From positions 62,001 to 126,000 of the forward strand of contig DF236981.1 in NCBI GenBank assembly GCA_000708835.1: a DNA stretch of 64,000 nt, given 5' to 3'. Of the stretch, positions 24,801 through 36,200 are shown one piece after another (positions within the stretch are counted from its first letter, which is position 1; the number at the start of each line of letters is the position of its first letter). Source of the DNA: Klebsormidium nitens. Lineage: Eukaryota; Plantae; Klebsormidiophyceae. Both the position numbers and the translations under genes were made by a program. The notes beneath the pieces are model-generated. The model was not told the origin of the DNA and ran no database searches. It was given only the letters and a program-made list of their open reading frames with translations.

Positions 24801-27176
24801 CAGAGGTTGATAACATTGGACACAGAACAGACTATTCTGGACACAACATTGCTAAATATGAGGTTTATGGGAAGTGGCGAGAGCAAGGTAGGAAACAGCC
24901 AGTTCCGGAGGGCTCCTTTGAAGATGAGTGGATGAGAAAAGCTTGGACACTGAACCGCAGTCAGATCAAAAGAACCTCATCATTCCCTCCCTCTAAAATC
25001 GTCTTACCAATAGAGGGCATTAGTGCATCTTTCAGAGAGTTACACAGCAATTGCCTCACACAATGAGCCCCATCACTGAAACACGTTGCTTTAAGACTCA
25101 CTGGCAATTGGGAATGTGCGACCAGTCGCCTTAGCGCCCGGAAAGCACTCCTTTACAGCTCGTATTGCGTTCTCCATCATTTCCGGGGTCTCACGCACGA
25201 TGAAGGGGAAATCGGTCACGCGCTTGGACCGAGCTCTAGCTTCCTACAGAGGAGAAGTAAACGGATCACGCCACTGCAGACCCATTGGCCCAGTGGCCCA
25301 TCAACAAACAGTCAACCAGATTGGCTCAGCAAATAGTTCACAGCACAGACTACATGAGCTTTAGAAGAAAAAAACTGAATTAGCCATACCGCGTGCTAAG
25401 CAGAGAGACCTTGCAAGCATCTGACAACATTCGCCCGGGCATCCGCGTCCCCTAACTCCTCTTCTGTGTCAAAAACTTACCCTTCCGACTCCGCTTCCGT
25501 TCTTGAAGTCCGCGTACTACTGTCCAGCTTAAGGTGCAAGTTTGCAATCTCCAAGTCCGACTGCACCCGTCCAAGTCTCAAGTCAGCGATTTCTGACTGC
25601 ATTTGCTGTACTTGGTCGGCTAGGTCAACCTTACTCACACCTGCAGCAATAGGCAAGAGGTTACCATTTCATGATTATAGTGATAATAATACCAGTTCTG
25701 CAAGCAGATAAGGAAGCAACTACAGGCCTTCACACACTCTGTACAATGACTGTGCTCACCAAGGCAAGTGGTCAGGCCACCAGAGAAAATCACAACAGAG
25801 CAGAGACCCAGAGATGGCGCAGTTGTCAAAACCTCCCTCATCAGTGCTAATCTCTGTGGCGAAATGGAGCTAGAAATTTGTCCTAATACTTTCAATGTTC
25901 GCGAGGCAATCACAAAACAACCTGGGAACCAGAGGGAGCTACTCTAATCGAGCACCAGAATGTTGTGCCGTGGATCATGGTGACCACCGTTTGCAGCAAA
26001 AAACACTTCCAGAGAGAAGAGATACCATAGCAACGATTGGGAAAAGGTGCGAGAAAGTATTTGACTCACCAGTTTCTGTGGTGCTTGGCCCCGCACCCGC
26101 TGCACAAGGCAAAATGAATGTCAGCACCAATGAACCAGTTCCTGACAAGCAGGCTGCAGGGGTTGGAAGATCAGCAGCAATGTCATGCTTGAAAGAGCCC
26201 TAGGTGCAGGGTACTCAGCAGCCAAGAGCAGACAGGACAGATGTGCCGCATCTCCGCAATCAGCACGGATGTATTGCCTTTGTTCAGACACAGGAAAAGC
26301 AGTCAACCAGGATCAGCAAGCAGAGTCTGTATGAATGCTTCTGCCGGGCAAAGTTTCTTAGCAAACACCGAGCTCAAGGACCATGTGATCTGATTCTGGC
26401 CTGATAGGTGAAACAACCCTGGACGCAGAGGGACAGTCCCCAAACAGGCACCGACACACTGGATGGGTGGTGTGGATTACTGCCTCTACCATGAACCAGA
26501 GAGCTCCAGCACTCTGCCGAATTGCAGGCATGCACGAATGCATTTGCATTCATTAACCATCAAATGAAAGTTGTCCTCAAGCATGAAAACCCTCTGACTC
26601 GAGTGGTGCGAACCATGGCATCTCTCCCCCAGACCAAAAGAGCTTCAGATCTCTACTCAATGGCAAGCCGGCTTGTATGCTATTGCACATGTTTAACTTT
26701 CGTTCAGCTTTCCACTAAATGCTGCTTTTCTGCATCGAGCGATCTTATGCTTCCTTGGATTCCTGCAAAGCAGAGCAAGGAACAGGGACTAACTGCTGGT
26801 TAGAGCCGCTCCTCCCTGTCCGACTTTTTCTGGAACAACTCGGAATCGTTCAGAGAAAAGGTATGCGGAGCAGACATATGCTGCTTTGCACAAATGTTTA
26901 GGGCTTCTGCTCGAGATTGTCAAGCATGTTTCAGAGGAAATGAGACACACCTGCTGACTCCAGCCGGGCCTCCTTGTCCAGTAGCTTGTTCTTCTGCTTC
27001 AGCAGCTCGGTGTCCTTGTCCCGCAGTTGCTCTTCCTTTTTTACCCAGCGCTGTTTTTCGATTGCATCTCCTGCATGCCTGATGTTCTCTTCCGCTTCCC
27101 TAATCTCTGTCGTAAGCGCGCTGATCTCTGCTTCCACTTTTGCAATTTTCAACCTGACTTCCTCGAGGGGATCCAT
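21827..27176 (-). CDS. Coiled-coil + PD-(D/E)xK restriction-endonuclease-like domain + fungal-type (FunK1/Pkinase_fungal-like) kinase; Crinkler/RHS-like architecture, about 8 exons
   Basis: Exons 27176-26951, 26099-26070, 25640-25481, 25235-25102, 24774-23978, 23250-23089, 22789-22661, 22246-21827. N-terminal heptads (MDPLEEVRLKIAKVEAEISAL...KKEEQLRDKD). Nuclease-like motifs GRPD-x17-GEFK and GQ..QPDR. Kinase motifs CILKL, VPHLV, LQRDISLDNI, LFDFS and TGTPLYA. The exon 4 acceptor must be the second AG to keep frame. Confidence 0.75.
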
Positions 27177-27374
27177 CTTGTAATGATCCAGCTACTTCCT
27201 GGATTGCAGCCAGGCAGCATCGGGAAGGCAACATGCAAAGAGGAGAGTGCTGACGTGATTATTGAATTGCAATGAAAACCTCGCAGGCGCAAAGGATGCT
27301 TGCGCCTGAGATGGTCCTTGGAGGACGAAAACTCGTTGACAGGACAGGTGCCTAGACTCTCCGACCCGTTCTTA

Positions 27375-27500
27375 CAGCTTCCCCCGAGCAACCTGCCAGT
27401 TTTAGTGGGAAAATTAGTCTACTTTAATCAGTCTGCCCGTAGAGTGAAATTAGTCTAATTTAGACGGCACTAAAACTGGCAGGTTGCTCGGGAGAAGCTG
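27375..27500. mobile_element. 126-bp MITE, Tc1/mariner-type (TA target duplication), copy 1
   Basis: TIRs CAGCTTCCCCCGAGCAACCTGCCAGTTTTAGTG and CACTAAAACTGGCAGGTTGCTCGGGAGAAGCTG (33 bp, 1 mismatch). TA flanks both sides (27373-74, 27501-02). A second copy lies at 56517. Confidence 0.88.
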
Positions 27501-28358
27501 TAGCAGGCCCAAAGGATAGACAGGACGCTCAGTGGATCTCGTGATTTGGTCAGTGCGCAACTTGAGCCTCACCGGATGCTTTTTCGAAGCTTCTTCTTTG
27601 CAACCCCTTTGTCGCGCGCGCTGCTCGCGCTCTGGGATAATGATACTTCGCTTCGACGGTTAAGCGGCCGGTTCGGTTGTGAACTACACGCTTTCGGGGC
27701 GACCGTCGGACCTTCGTGCGCGGGTCTCGACGAAAGGGGGGGACACGTGGCGCTATGCGGTTGGACTATTTTATGCCGTTCAACAGATGGTTAGTTGGGT
27801 TATGTCTACCGCCTATTTGCAACAACGGGGTTTCTATACCCCGGGTATGCTTCACTTTCGCAAGTTTTATTAACGTCTTGTGTCCACCCTCACAAGGTTT
27901 GGCCGGTAGAAAGCAGCCGGTAGGGTGCACCGCTAGCTAAACGTCCCGATAATTTAGGAGTTTTTATCGGATCAGGCAGCCCACAAACTTGGAACCGTCG
28001 CGGCCGCGGGTCTTCGAAGTTCAGACTTCAAGGCTTTATATCGGAACCCTAAACCCATAAAAGTTTACGAAGCATGGGTACAACTTTGAATGAAAATGGC
28101 CTCCCTAACCGGGAGGCCTTTTCGGGGTTAAGATAGGGTTTAGGAGCTGTGGGTTGTTCGGGCCCCGGGGTGATAGTCAAGTTCGGTTCGGGCATGGACT
28201 TGCAGAGGTTTGCAAGGGACAAGTACCCGGTATAGGCCTACCGGGCTATGGCCAGGGTAGCTTGGAGCTGGCCGGGTACAGTAAGATTGTCGCCCGGGAA
28301 TTTAGTAGGTTAGGTCGGGGGTTAGGGTCGGTAAGTAAGGAATTGGGGTTAGTCTGTG

Positions 28359-28522
28359 GGTCAACTTGACGAGTCAACCAAGTCAACGCCACGTGGTAGA
28401 AATGGTAAGGGTTTAGCCAATAGGATCGCGAATAAAAAGCCTTACCGCGAAAACCTCCTGTCAATAGGGAGGCAATAACCCTTGAATAACCCTTACATAA
28501 CCCTTACATAGCCCTTATATAA
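28359..28522 (+). promoter_or_regulatory. Proximal promoter of RNase T2: W-box cluster, G-box, CCAAT and TATA
   Basis: Reverse-orientation W-box cores (TTGACY) at 28359, 28372 and 28381, plus one at 28175. CCACGTGG at 28389-96, CCAAT near 28418 and TTATATAA at 28515-22, about 90 nt before the ATG at 28611. Motif matches only. Confidence 0.5.
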
Positions 28523-28525
28523 CCC
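28475..28525. repeat. 11-bp tandem repeat (ATAACCCTTAC) x4.6
   Basis: ataacccttga ataacccttac ataacccttac atagcccttat ataaccc, with an inverted partial copy GTAAGGGTT at 28405-28413. Confidence 0.9.
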
Positions 28526-28610
28526 GCATTTGGTCTCCACGAGCTAGAACTTGAAGCTGAAGCAGTGAAGAAGTGAAGAATCACGACAGAACACCACATT
28601 GCGCCGCGCC

Positions 28611-31600
28611 ATGGAGGATTGTAAGACGCTCAAGTTGCTGTTTCTCAGCTTGGCTTTGCTGTGCGCCAGCTGTGCTGCGGTGAGCGGAAGCGGGTGCTGC
28701 CAATGTACTCGCAACTGCGGCCAGTGTACGCCGTGTGAGAACGAAGAGTATAACTACTTTCTGTTTGTTGTCCAGGTGGGACACCATTGGAAGTCTGAAC
28801 ACTCTTGATCCCCTTCACCGTGGGACTTTGTGTATGATTATGTGCTTTACTTAATCTAGCTTTGGCAGAGGCTATGTTCACCAACTTTCATCGTTGGACT
28901 GAAACCTCAAAGTGTGTGGCATTCTATGAGCTATCGCCGTGCACCGATCGGTGGTGGATGCCTGAATACCTTGACTAGCAGAATGTCAGACCAACTTTCG
29001 CAATCGGCGCAGTTTCTCTTGCTTCTGAACAGGCTTCCTTGCAATCAAAGAAACATTGGCCCTCATCCTGTATTCACCTGAGCCGCCAAGCTTCCTTTTC
29101 TGATCCTTCTGTATCAAGAAGTGACAAGTGCAAAACTCGAGCTGAAACAGAGCTGACTGCTCCTCTCCAGTGGCCTGCCACCTTCTGCTTGAAGCCGGGC
29201 TCTTGCTGCGATGGAAGGTAAGAAAGCCATGTACAGGAGAAGCTTGTTACTCAAAAGTAGGGGGGGTGAAACCAACATCATTGCCATCCAACATTACTGC
29301 CGTCCTTCAGTGTTGAGGACTAGACTGCGCCTGGGGGTGCATCAAGTTGAGAAGCACAGGAAGGACGATCGAAAACGCTGGACAAGGATCCAAGAGTGTT
29401 ATCGTGCTATGAGACACCATGGAAGAATGAACGTGGTTGAAAAGGTTGTTTTGAAGTATCAGACCGCATTTGAGAAGCGATGGTACTGATTACGAGAAGC
29501 AATGATACTGAAAACGAACACACTTAAGTGCAACCTGGAAGCGGGGACTTCAGAGCAGGCACCTGAGCAGGAAATAAACCAGGCCCTCACCCACCCACTT
29601 TAACCAGGCAATTGACCACTCTCTTAAACGTTGGTGGGGTACACTCCTCACTCAGTGAGGCTGACAAGAACGCTACTCGTTTTGCAGCCTCACCGCGTCC
29701 AACTTCACGATCCGTGAGCGCCGAAGCTGATTCTGATTCAGAAACGTGCTGTGAACATCTGCGTTGTGAAAGAGAGCTGGTTAACGAGTCCCGCCAGAAA
29801 ATGCTGAAGGCAGACTGGCTGTGCAAACTGACACTTGCACGCATCTGCTGCTCACAAGTCTATGGTCGTTGTTTTGACACAATCACAACGATTTGCTTTC
29901 AAAGCGCAAAGTCGCAAAATTGGGGCCTGTGTCGGGTCATTCTCTGTTGCCGAGTGTTGCTAACCCGACATGTGACCCTTGCTAAGGAGTTTCGAACTTG
30001 AGCCTGCAGATGGGCTGTGGCCGGAGAAGAGCAAGAACTGCTACCCATACTGTTGTGGCACAGAGCCATTCCGTCCGTCGGAGGTGAGGCCGAGAGTTAC
30101 ATCGCTCACCGCGGTCCCTGCGACAGAGGCACTGTGTTGTTCAAATGGACATCAGCATTGAATGGTTTTACCATGTTATGTCATCAGTCACAGGGCAATT
30201 GCCTGTTCTATGCAGCTCTATACTCGGGTCTTAATCGAGGTTCCGATTTCCACTGCCTTTCCTATGGTCGACGATTCCCGGTCTTCGATCTGAACCACTC
30301 TCATCAACACTTGGGGCCATTTCCTCTGAATGAATGGCTGTCGTTACTGAAGAGAGAGAGGGTGAACCGCCGTTCTTAGCTTAGATTCCAAATTGGATAT
30401 ATTTTTCTTTGCCATAACGAGGTCTCAGATTGCTGTTCTCTCTTTCCCAGGTCAGCGGTTTGCTCCCCGAGCTGAAGACCTACTGGCCGTCTCTTGCCTG
30501 CCATGGCACCGACGACTCTTTCCATGCACACGAGTGGAGTGAGTGGAACCGGAAGCTCATAACTTAGTACGTCGTGGGTGCATCCACCCTTCAATTAAGA
30601 TTCTTTTGAGGCTCGCAACATCGTCACAGGGCTTACCACAGAGACTACCGTCTTTTGCTGCCAACCTTTCAGTCCCCTTCTCTGTCCGAGAGCATCACAG
30701 GCTCAAAACAAAAAAATCTTCTTTGGGATGACACCTCGTCGCCCCCTTATAAGAAGGTGCCCACCAGGCTGCGCTAGGAGAAGTGGAAAGGAATAAAAGA
30801 AAGAAGAAAACGAGCTGCCTACCACGCAACCAGCTTGTAAGCTATCTGTCCATTCCTGTTGCAGTCAAGCACGGCACCTGCTCGTTGGCCTCCCTGCCAG
30901 ACCCCGGTACGGGGACGCCCGTCCGAGAATACTTCCAGCGCACGCTGCAGCTCCGCAAGAGCCTCCCGCTTCTGGTGCGTTCTCTTTTTGATGAGCATAA
31001 GTTTGGTATGCGGTCGTTACTACCCAGCTCATGATGGCGATATGTTTCGGTGTTCGATGGAGAAGCGACTGGACTTGCCAAAGCGACTGTGCGCTCTTCT
31101 GTTCTTTCTTTTGACTGTGCCATCAAGGCGTAGCGCTATTGTGCGTTTTTTTGCCGCTGTACTGAATACTTTTGAATGTGCAAGAACGTATTCAAGCGCT
31201 TACTTCCTCTCCTGCGACAACAATTTTATTGGACGTACTCTTTAACGAGCTTCCGCAACGTGAGTCCGCCCTCAGGATTCTATGTCAGGTTGCTTGGTAT
31301 CCACGTACGTGCACGTTTTAGAGAGTCGCTCGACTTGAACTTTGGGTGAGGTTCCGCTCCGGTTTTAGCATGATTGCAGACGTGTCAAAACCTTCAATGC
31401 GCTATTTCAAGCAAGCCCAGTCGGTTGCAAAAGTCGTCCAATCCTGATGCCTCTGCCGCTGATACCGTGTGCAGAGCATACTCGAGCAAGCTGAGATCTA
31501 CCCCTCCAACACCGCATCGTATCCCCTTACGAAGCTCACGCACGCGATCAAGACGGCAGTCGGAACGTTTCCCGACGTGCAGTGCACGGGAGCAAACATC

Positions 31601-32185
31601 AACGAGGTCCACTTCTGCCTAGCAAAGGACCTTAAGGTGCGTTTCCCGGTCCTCGCGTTGCGCTTATATGCTTTGTGTTGCCCCTTTTTCTTTTGTTCCT
31701 CCATAATGCCCATGGTACTCGAGGAGTCAGCCGCAAGGCCTATGAGAAGTGATAAGATGGCTGCGCCGCGCGAGATTTAATAGAACGCTCCGTGCGGACC
31801 TGTCACTTCGAAGGCCACAGACAACTGTGAATCGGCACTGATATCATTGGACGCAAAAGTACAGCGCAAATCGGACAGACCGATTCCTCAAACAACCGAT
31901 GTGCGCCCGTGAATGGTGCCTCTTCCATCAATCCGATCATGCAGGCTAGGTGGGCTGCTTCTCTAAGAAACCCACATATCTGCGACCCCTGACGCTTCCT
32001 CCTGCCTTTCTCTGCAGACCTTCATTGATTGTCCCACGACGTTGAGCACGCCTGAGGAGTCGCAGCACTGGATGAAGGATCTGTCCAGAAGGCGTCACCG
32101 TAAGAAGCCCCATCCTGTCCCCCACGGTGCTTGTCCCGCCCAGGTCAAGCTGCCGGTGCTCCATTCGAGCAGTGATGTGCAGTAG
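28611..32185 (+). CDS. Secreted ribonuclease T2, 8 exons
   Basis: Exons 28611-28775, 29171-29217, 29688-29713, 30010-30083, 30451-30538, 30865-30974, 31475-31636, 32018-32185. Signal peptide LKLLFLSLALLCASCAA, then FLFVVQ|WP. CAS I NFTIH|GLWP and CAS II FHAHEWI|KHGTC retain the catalytic His/Glu/Lys/His. Confidence 0.93.
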
Positions 32186-33222
32186 GTATAAAGAAGCTTC
32201 ATAAGTGACATTTGAAGCCCGTCGAAATGAGGTTCAACTTTGAGAGAGATTGTGACTCGAGACTTTGCCAATTACTGGGTGAACCTAACAAGGTACCGGA
32301 CATTCAGTTGAGGTATGTGTCGTTGCAATGAGTGTAGCTAGACATGTTCACTTATTTTGAGTTTTCATTTATTTGCCTTCTTTGATAGCCGCCCTGACTC
32401 AAGATCGTATTGGATGCGACCGCAAGGCTGCATGCAGACGCTGTAGTTTCCAACATATGCAGAACCTGCCGCTTCATTGTGACTCAAATGATGTGCATGT
32501 TTATCCCATGTTTCACATGCATGAATTCACCTATTAGATCGAGTGCGCATGTGGTAGATTATGCGTACTACGGAGCTAGTAGGTGTACATACCTGACAAG
32601 ACATGCAGGACTTGAGTCCAGAGAAATCAAGCGGGGATCGGAAGCTGCACGCGCAGCCATTGCACGGTGCCCGCGGGGCCGAAATCAAAAGGTCAATGCA
32701 TGATATGTCCAGTACGTCGATATGCACCTGGGCCGGGTGACCTTAATTGTTCCCTGCATCATGTGCATCGCAAGTCTAAGCTATGCAACGTTCGATCTGA
32801 TTGCATACGTGGTATCATGTGACGATCGGACTGTTTACTACATGTGAGAACCAGGTACCCTTGCATGAGCCGCCGCGCGCGTGCCACATCGAAGAGGCGC
32901 GTGTTTGTGCAATTGAATGTATGATGCTGCACTGCAGCGTTCAGTACACTCGTCGATCGGTCAATCTGCGGAGGCTGGCTCTGGGGCACGATTGAATACA
33001 TGCGCAACTGGGTACATGTGAGTGCATGAGTATGCTTGATATAAAATGTTCAGTGAGGGCTCCGCGCCTGTCAACATCTTCTTAGTCCTTGCATCCAACG
33101 ACCTCAGATCAACCGGACACGCTGGCACGGCTGGCACGCACAGTCACCGTGTTCAAGGCTGTCAACACGCGTGTGTGGTCCGACTGTGCACTGAAAGTCG
33201 AGCGGTGTGCTCAATCGTATGC

Positions 33223-36200
33223 TTACTCGCCTTCAACCGCTTTGTTTCCGGCATCGACCAGGTTTGCTGCAGGCCCATTGGTGTCCTCTTCTCTAGTTCC
33301 AACCACTTCTTCACCAACGGTCTCTCCTCCGCTTTCGGTAACGGGGTCAGTCGCTGCTTCTTCACCTGTACCACCGGCTTCCGTTTCCAACTTTCGTTCT
33401 GCCTCCTCTCCGCTCATTCCGTTCCCGTTCGCAACCTGCTCTTCCTCCTCCTCTGCAACGACGTCAGCCTTCCCTCCCGCACGTCCCTCGCTGACATTCT
33501 GTTCGGCCCCTCTCTCTTTGCTGACGTCATCCCCGTTCATCCCCTCGTCAACACCGTCGCCTCCCGTCCCGCCATCTTTACTGACGTCATCCCCCATCTC
33601 AGCAGCTTCCACGTGCTCGATGACGTCAAACCGGGCCCCCTCCAGCTTGTGCGTCTCCTTGAGCTGCTCCGCTTCCGCATCCGCTGCCTCCGCCTCCGCT
33701 TGCAGACTGCCCGCCTCCTCGAAGTCTTCCGCCTCGGCGGCTTCGTCCATTTCGCGCCGTGCGGCGGCGGCGACCAACCGCAGGCGCTCGCACCGCGCGG
33801 TCGCCGCCTCCCTCTCCTTGGCAGACAACTGCAGAAAGAAGTTGGTAACATCGTTGAGCATAGCTCTGAAGTATGGTCGGCTCAAGCACACACGGCTCAT
33901 ATGTATGCCATGAGGAGTCTGTGCCCTGAGTGGCTATGGCAAATAGATAAAAGACCATCAAACGGACAAGCTCCTTCATGAGTCTCAGCATTGGAAGATG
34001 AATCAGAGACAGGGAGTCAAAACACTGGGCGTCAAACATAACGGCTTCGCGACAAGAGCCCGCCCGGCGACCTGTATCGGCAAAAGGAAAAGTGGCAAGT
34101 ACTCCCGAAAGATCGATAATATGTAATCGGGGCCAAACAGCCCGTTCTCCTTACGCCTTTTCACTAAAGGCAGCCAACTTGACGCTATTCGCTTTCGTTC
34201 AGTCCCTAAAGGTCCTCAGCCGTCCCTAAACGTCCCTAACCATTAACAAGGAATCTGTGGCGTATCTGCATCGGCCACAGAAACCCCAGCGCACCTTATC
34301 TGCCACGTTCCACTCGACGCACCATCAAAGCACCTCCATCCGACGCTTTGATATTGGTCATGTAGGGCTGCTCTCGAACGACACCCACGAGTAGCAGAAC
34401 CGTTCGCATGCCTCAGTTCCCCCTCACCTCTGTTTCCAGCTCCGCCACCTCCGCCGCCCGCGTCTGCTCTTGTCCTTCCGCCGCGCCTAGTTCCCCTTTC
34501 AGCCTGCCCACCTCCGCCTCGGCTTTCTCGCGCTCCGTCGCCAGGGCCTTCGCCTCTGCGCTCAGCCGAGCCGCCTCCTTGAAGTTTCTGCAAAGGCCGC
34601 GCCGTGGTTAGCGGAACAACCTCAAATTTAGCGAAAGCCTCTTGCCATTACCCAAACCGCCTCGCTCCAAGCCCCGCTTTAACAATAGTTTAAAAGCAGT
34701 CAATGGCTCTATTGCATTGGACAAAAGTTACATCCATTCTCAATGCAACGGTCAAAAGTCAATCCCTGGGCGTACGAGCACGCAGCTTGGCATGTGGGGT
34801 CACTCAGGTTTGAGTGGGGTTACTGAAGGACTGCGTGTATGGCAACGCATTCCTTCAAACTAGCAAGGCAAGCCAAAAGCTGATGAGACGATCATGAAGA
34901 AACGGTCTGACGCTTTATACGATGATTGATGCAGCACCGAACGCCGACAACGCCGCTTTCACGAACCAAGCTAAGTCCCTCGAAGTTGCCGAAAAAGTTG
35001 TTTTCGTTCTCTCATTTGAGAAAGCTCTTCGACTTTTACTCGAAGAAAATACTATGGACTTTTTCTGAAAGTTTAGAACCGGTCAAACTCTGTTCTATCT
35101 TCCTTCAACTTAAAGCGTCCGGCAGCTAGGGTGCCTATGCAGGCAGACATGGGTAAGACGGCTGCGCACCTGGCCTGCGCCGCCAGCTTCTTCTCGGCCT
35201 CCAGCTCGGGCGCGCGCTTGTTGGCGGCCTCGACCTTGAATTCCTCCGCCGCTAGTTCCTGCTGCAGCCGCAGCTTCACAACCGCCACCTCCTGGAACGA
35301 CGAGCGCAGCCCGGCCAACCGCTCACGGACCGCCTGAACAGAATGAAGGGGCGCAGCAAGCGTTTGCTTAGGGATCCGGAGAAGGATCGCGCAAACAGCA
35401 ATCCGGAAAACCGCTTGCAGACCGCCTAGGAAAGATCGGGCGCAGCAAGTGGTGGTTTACCAGCCTGGAGGAGGAATGCGCAGAGGACGGATGGCAAAGA
35501 GTCGAGAGTCTCGTGCTCCACACGATGCATGAAGCGACAATCAGAAGAACGCCCACAATATACATAGACATAATAAAGTTGACGGTGGGGCAGATGCTTT
35601 AGTAGCCAAGAGGGACTACGACAGCGCTTGCGAAGTACAAAAGCTGTGGCGCCATGTCACCAAGTTCGAAGTTATCAACTATTACCACACCAGTAAAGAA
35701 ACCGAAAAGGGATCTTGTCACGTAAGCGTAGCCCAGCAGAGCGAGATCCCTCCATCTTGAAAAGGAGGGGAGAGGCTCATTAAGGCTGCAACCCTCCATT
35801 CAAGCTTCAGGCAACTTTCATCCCACACATTTGTAAGCGTGATTGTGCTCACCTCGGCCTGTTCCCTCAGCTTCTTCTCCTCCTCTGCCAGCTCGTCCTT
35901 CCGCCGCTGCGACGCCACGACTGCCGCCGCCGCGCCCTGCTTGTGCCTCGCCTGCCCCTCCATTTGCGCCGCATCTAGTTCCGCCCGAGCCGCCGTTTCT
36001 TCCAAACTCCGGCGCGCGCTGGCGGCCTCTTCAACCGCGGCCGCGACCCGGCGCCGCTCCTCGGCGACTCGCTCAAGCTCGGCCTCAAGTTGGGCGGCGA
36101 GAGACGAGACACGCTCTTCGTCGGCCTGAAAGGAGAACACAACTGTCAGAATGATAAAGTCTGCGCTCTACCGCGTAATAGAGTCTGCGCTCTACATCCA

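Noticed and set aside
29211-29489. 92-aa purine-rich ORF in RNase T2 intron 2
   Set aside because: It starts across the exon donor, has no domain motif and is not needed for the gene model.
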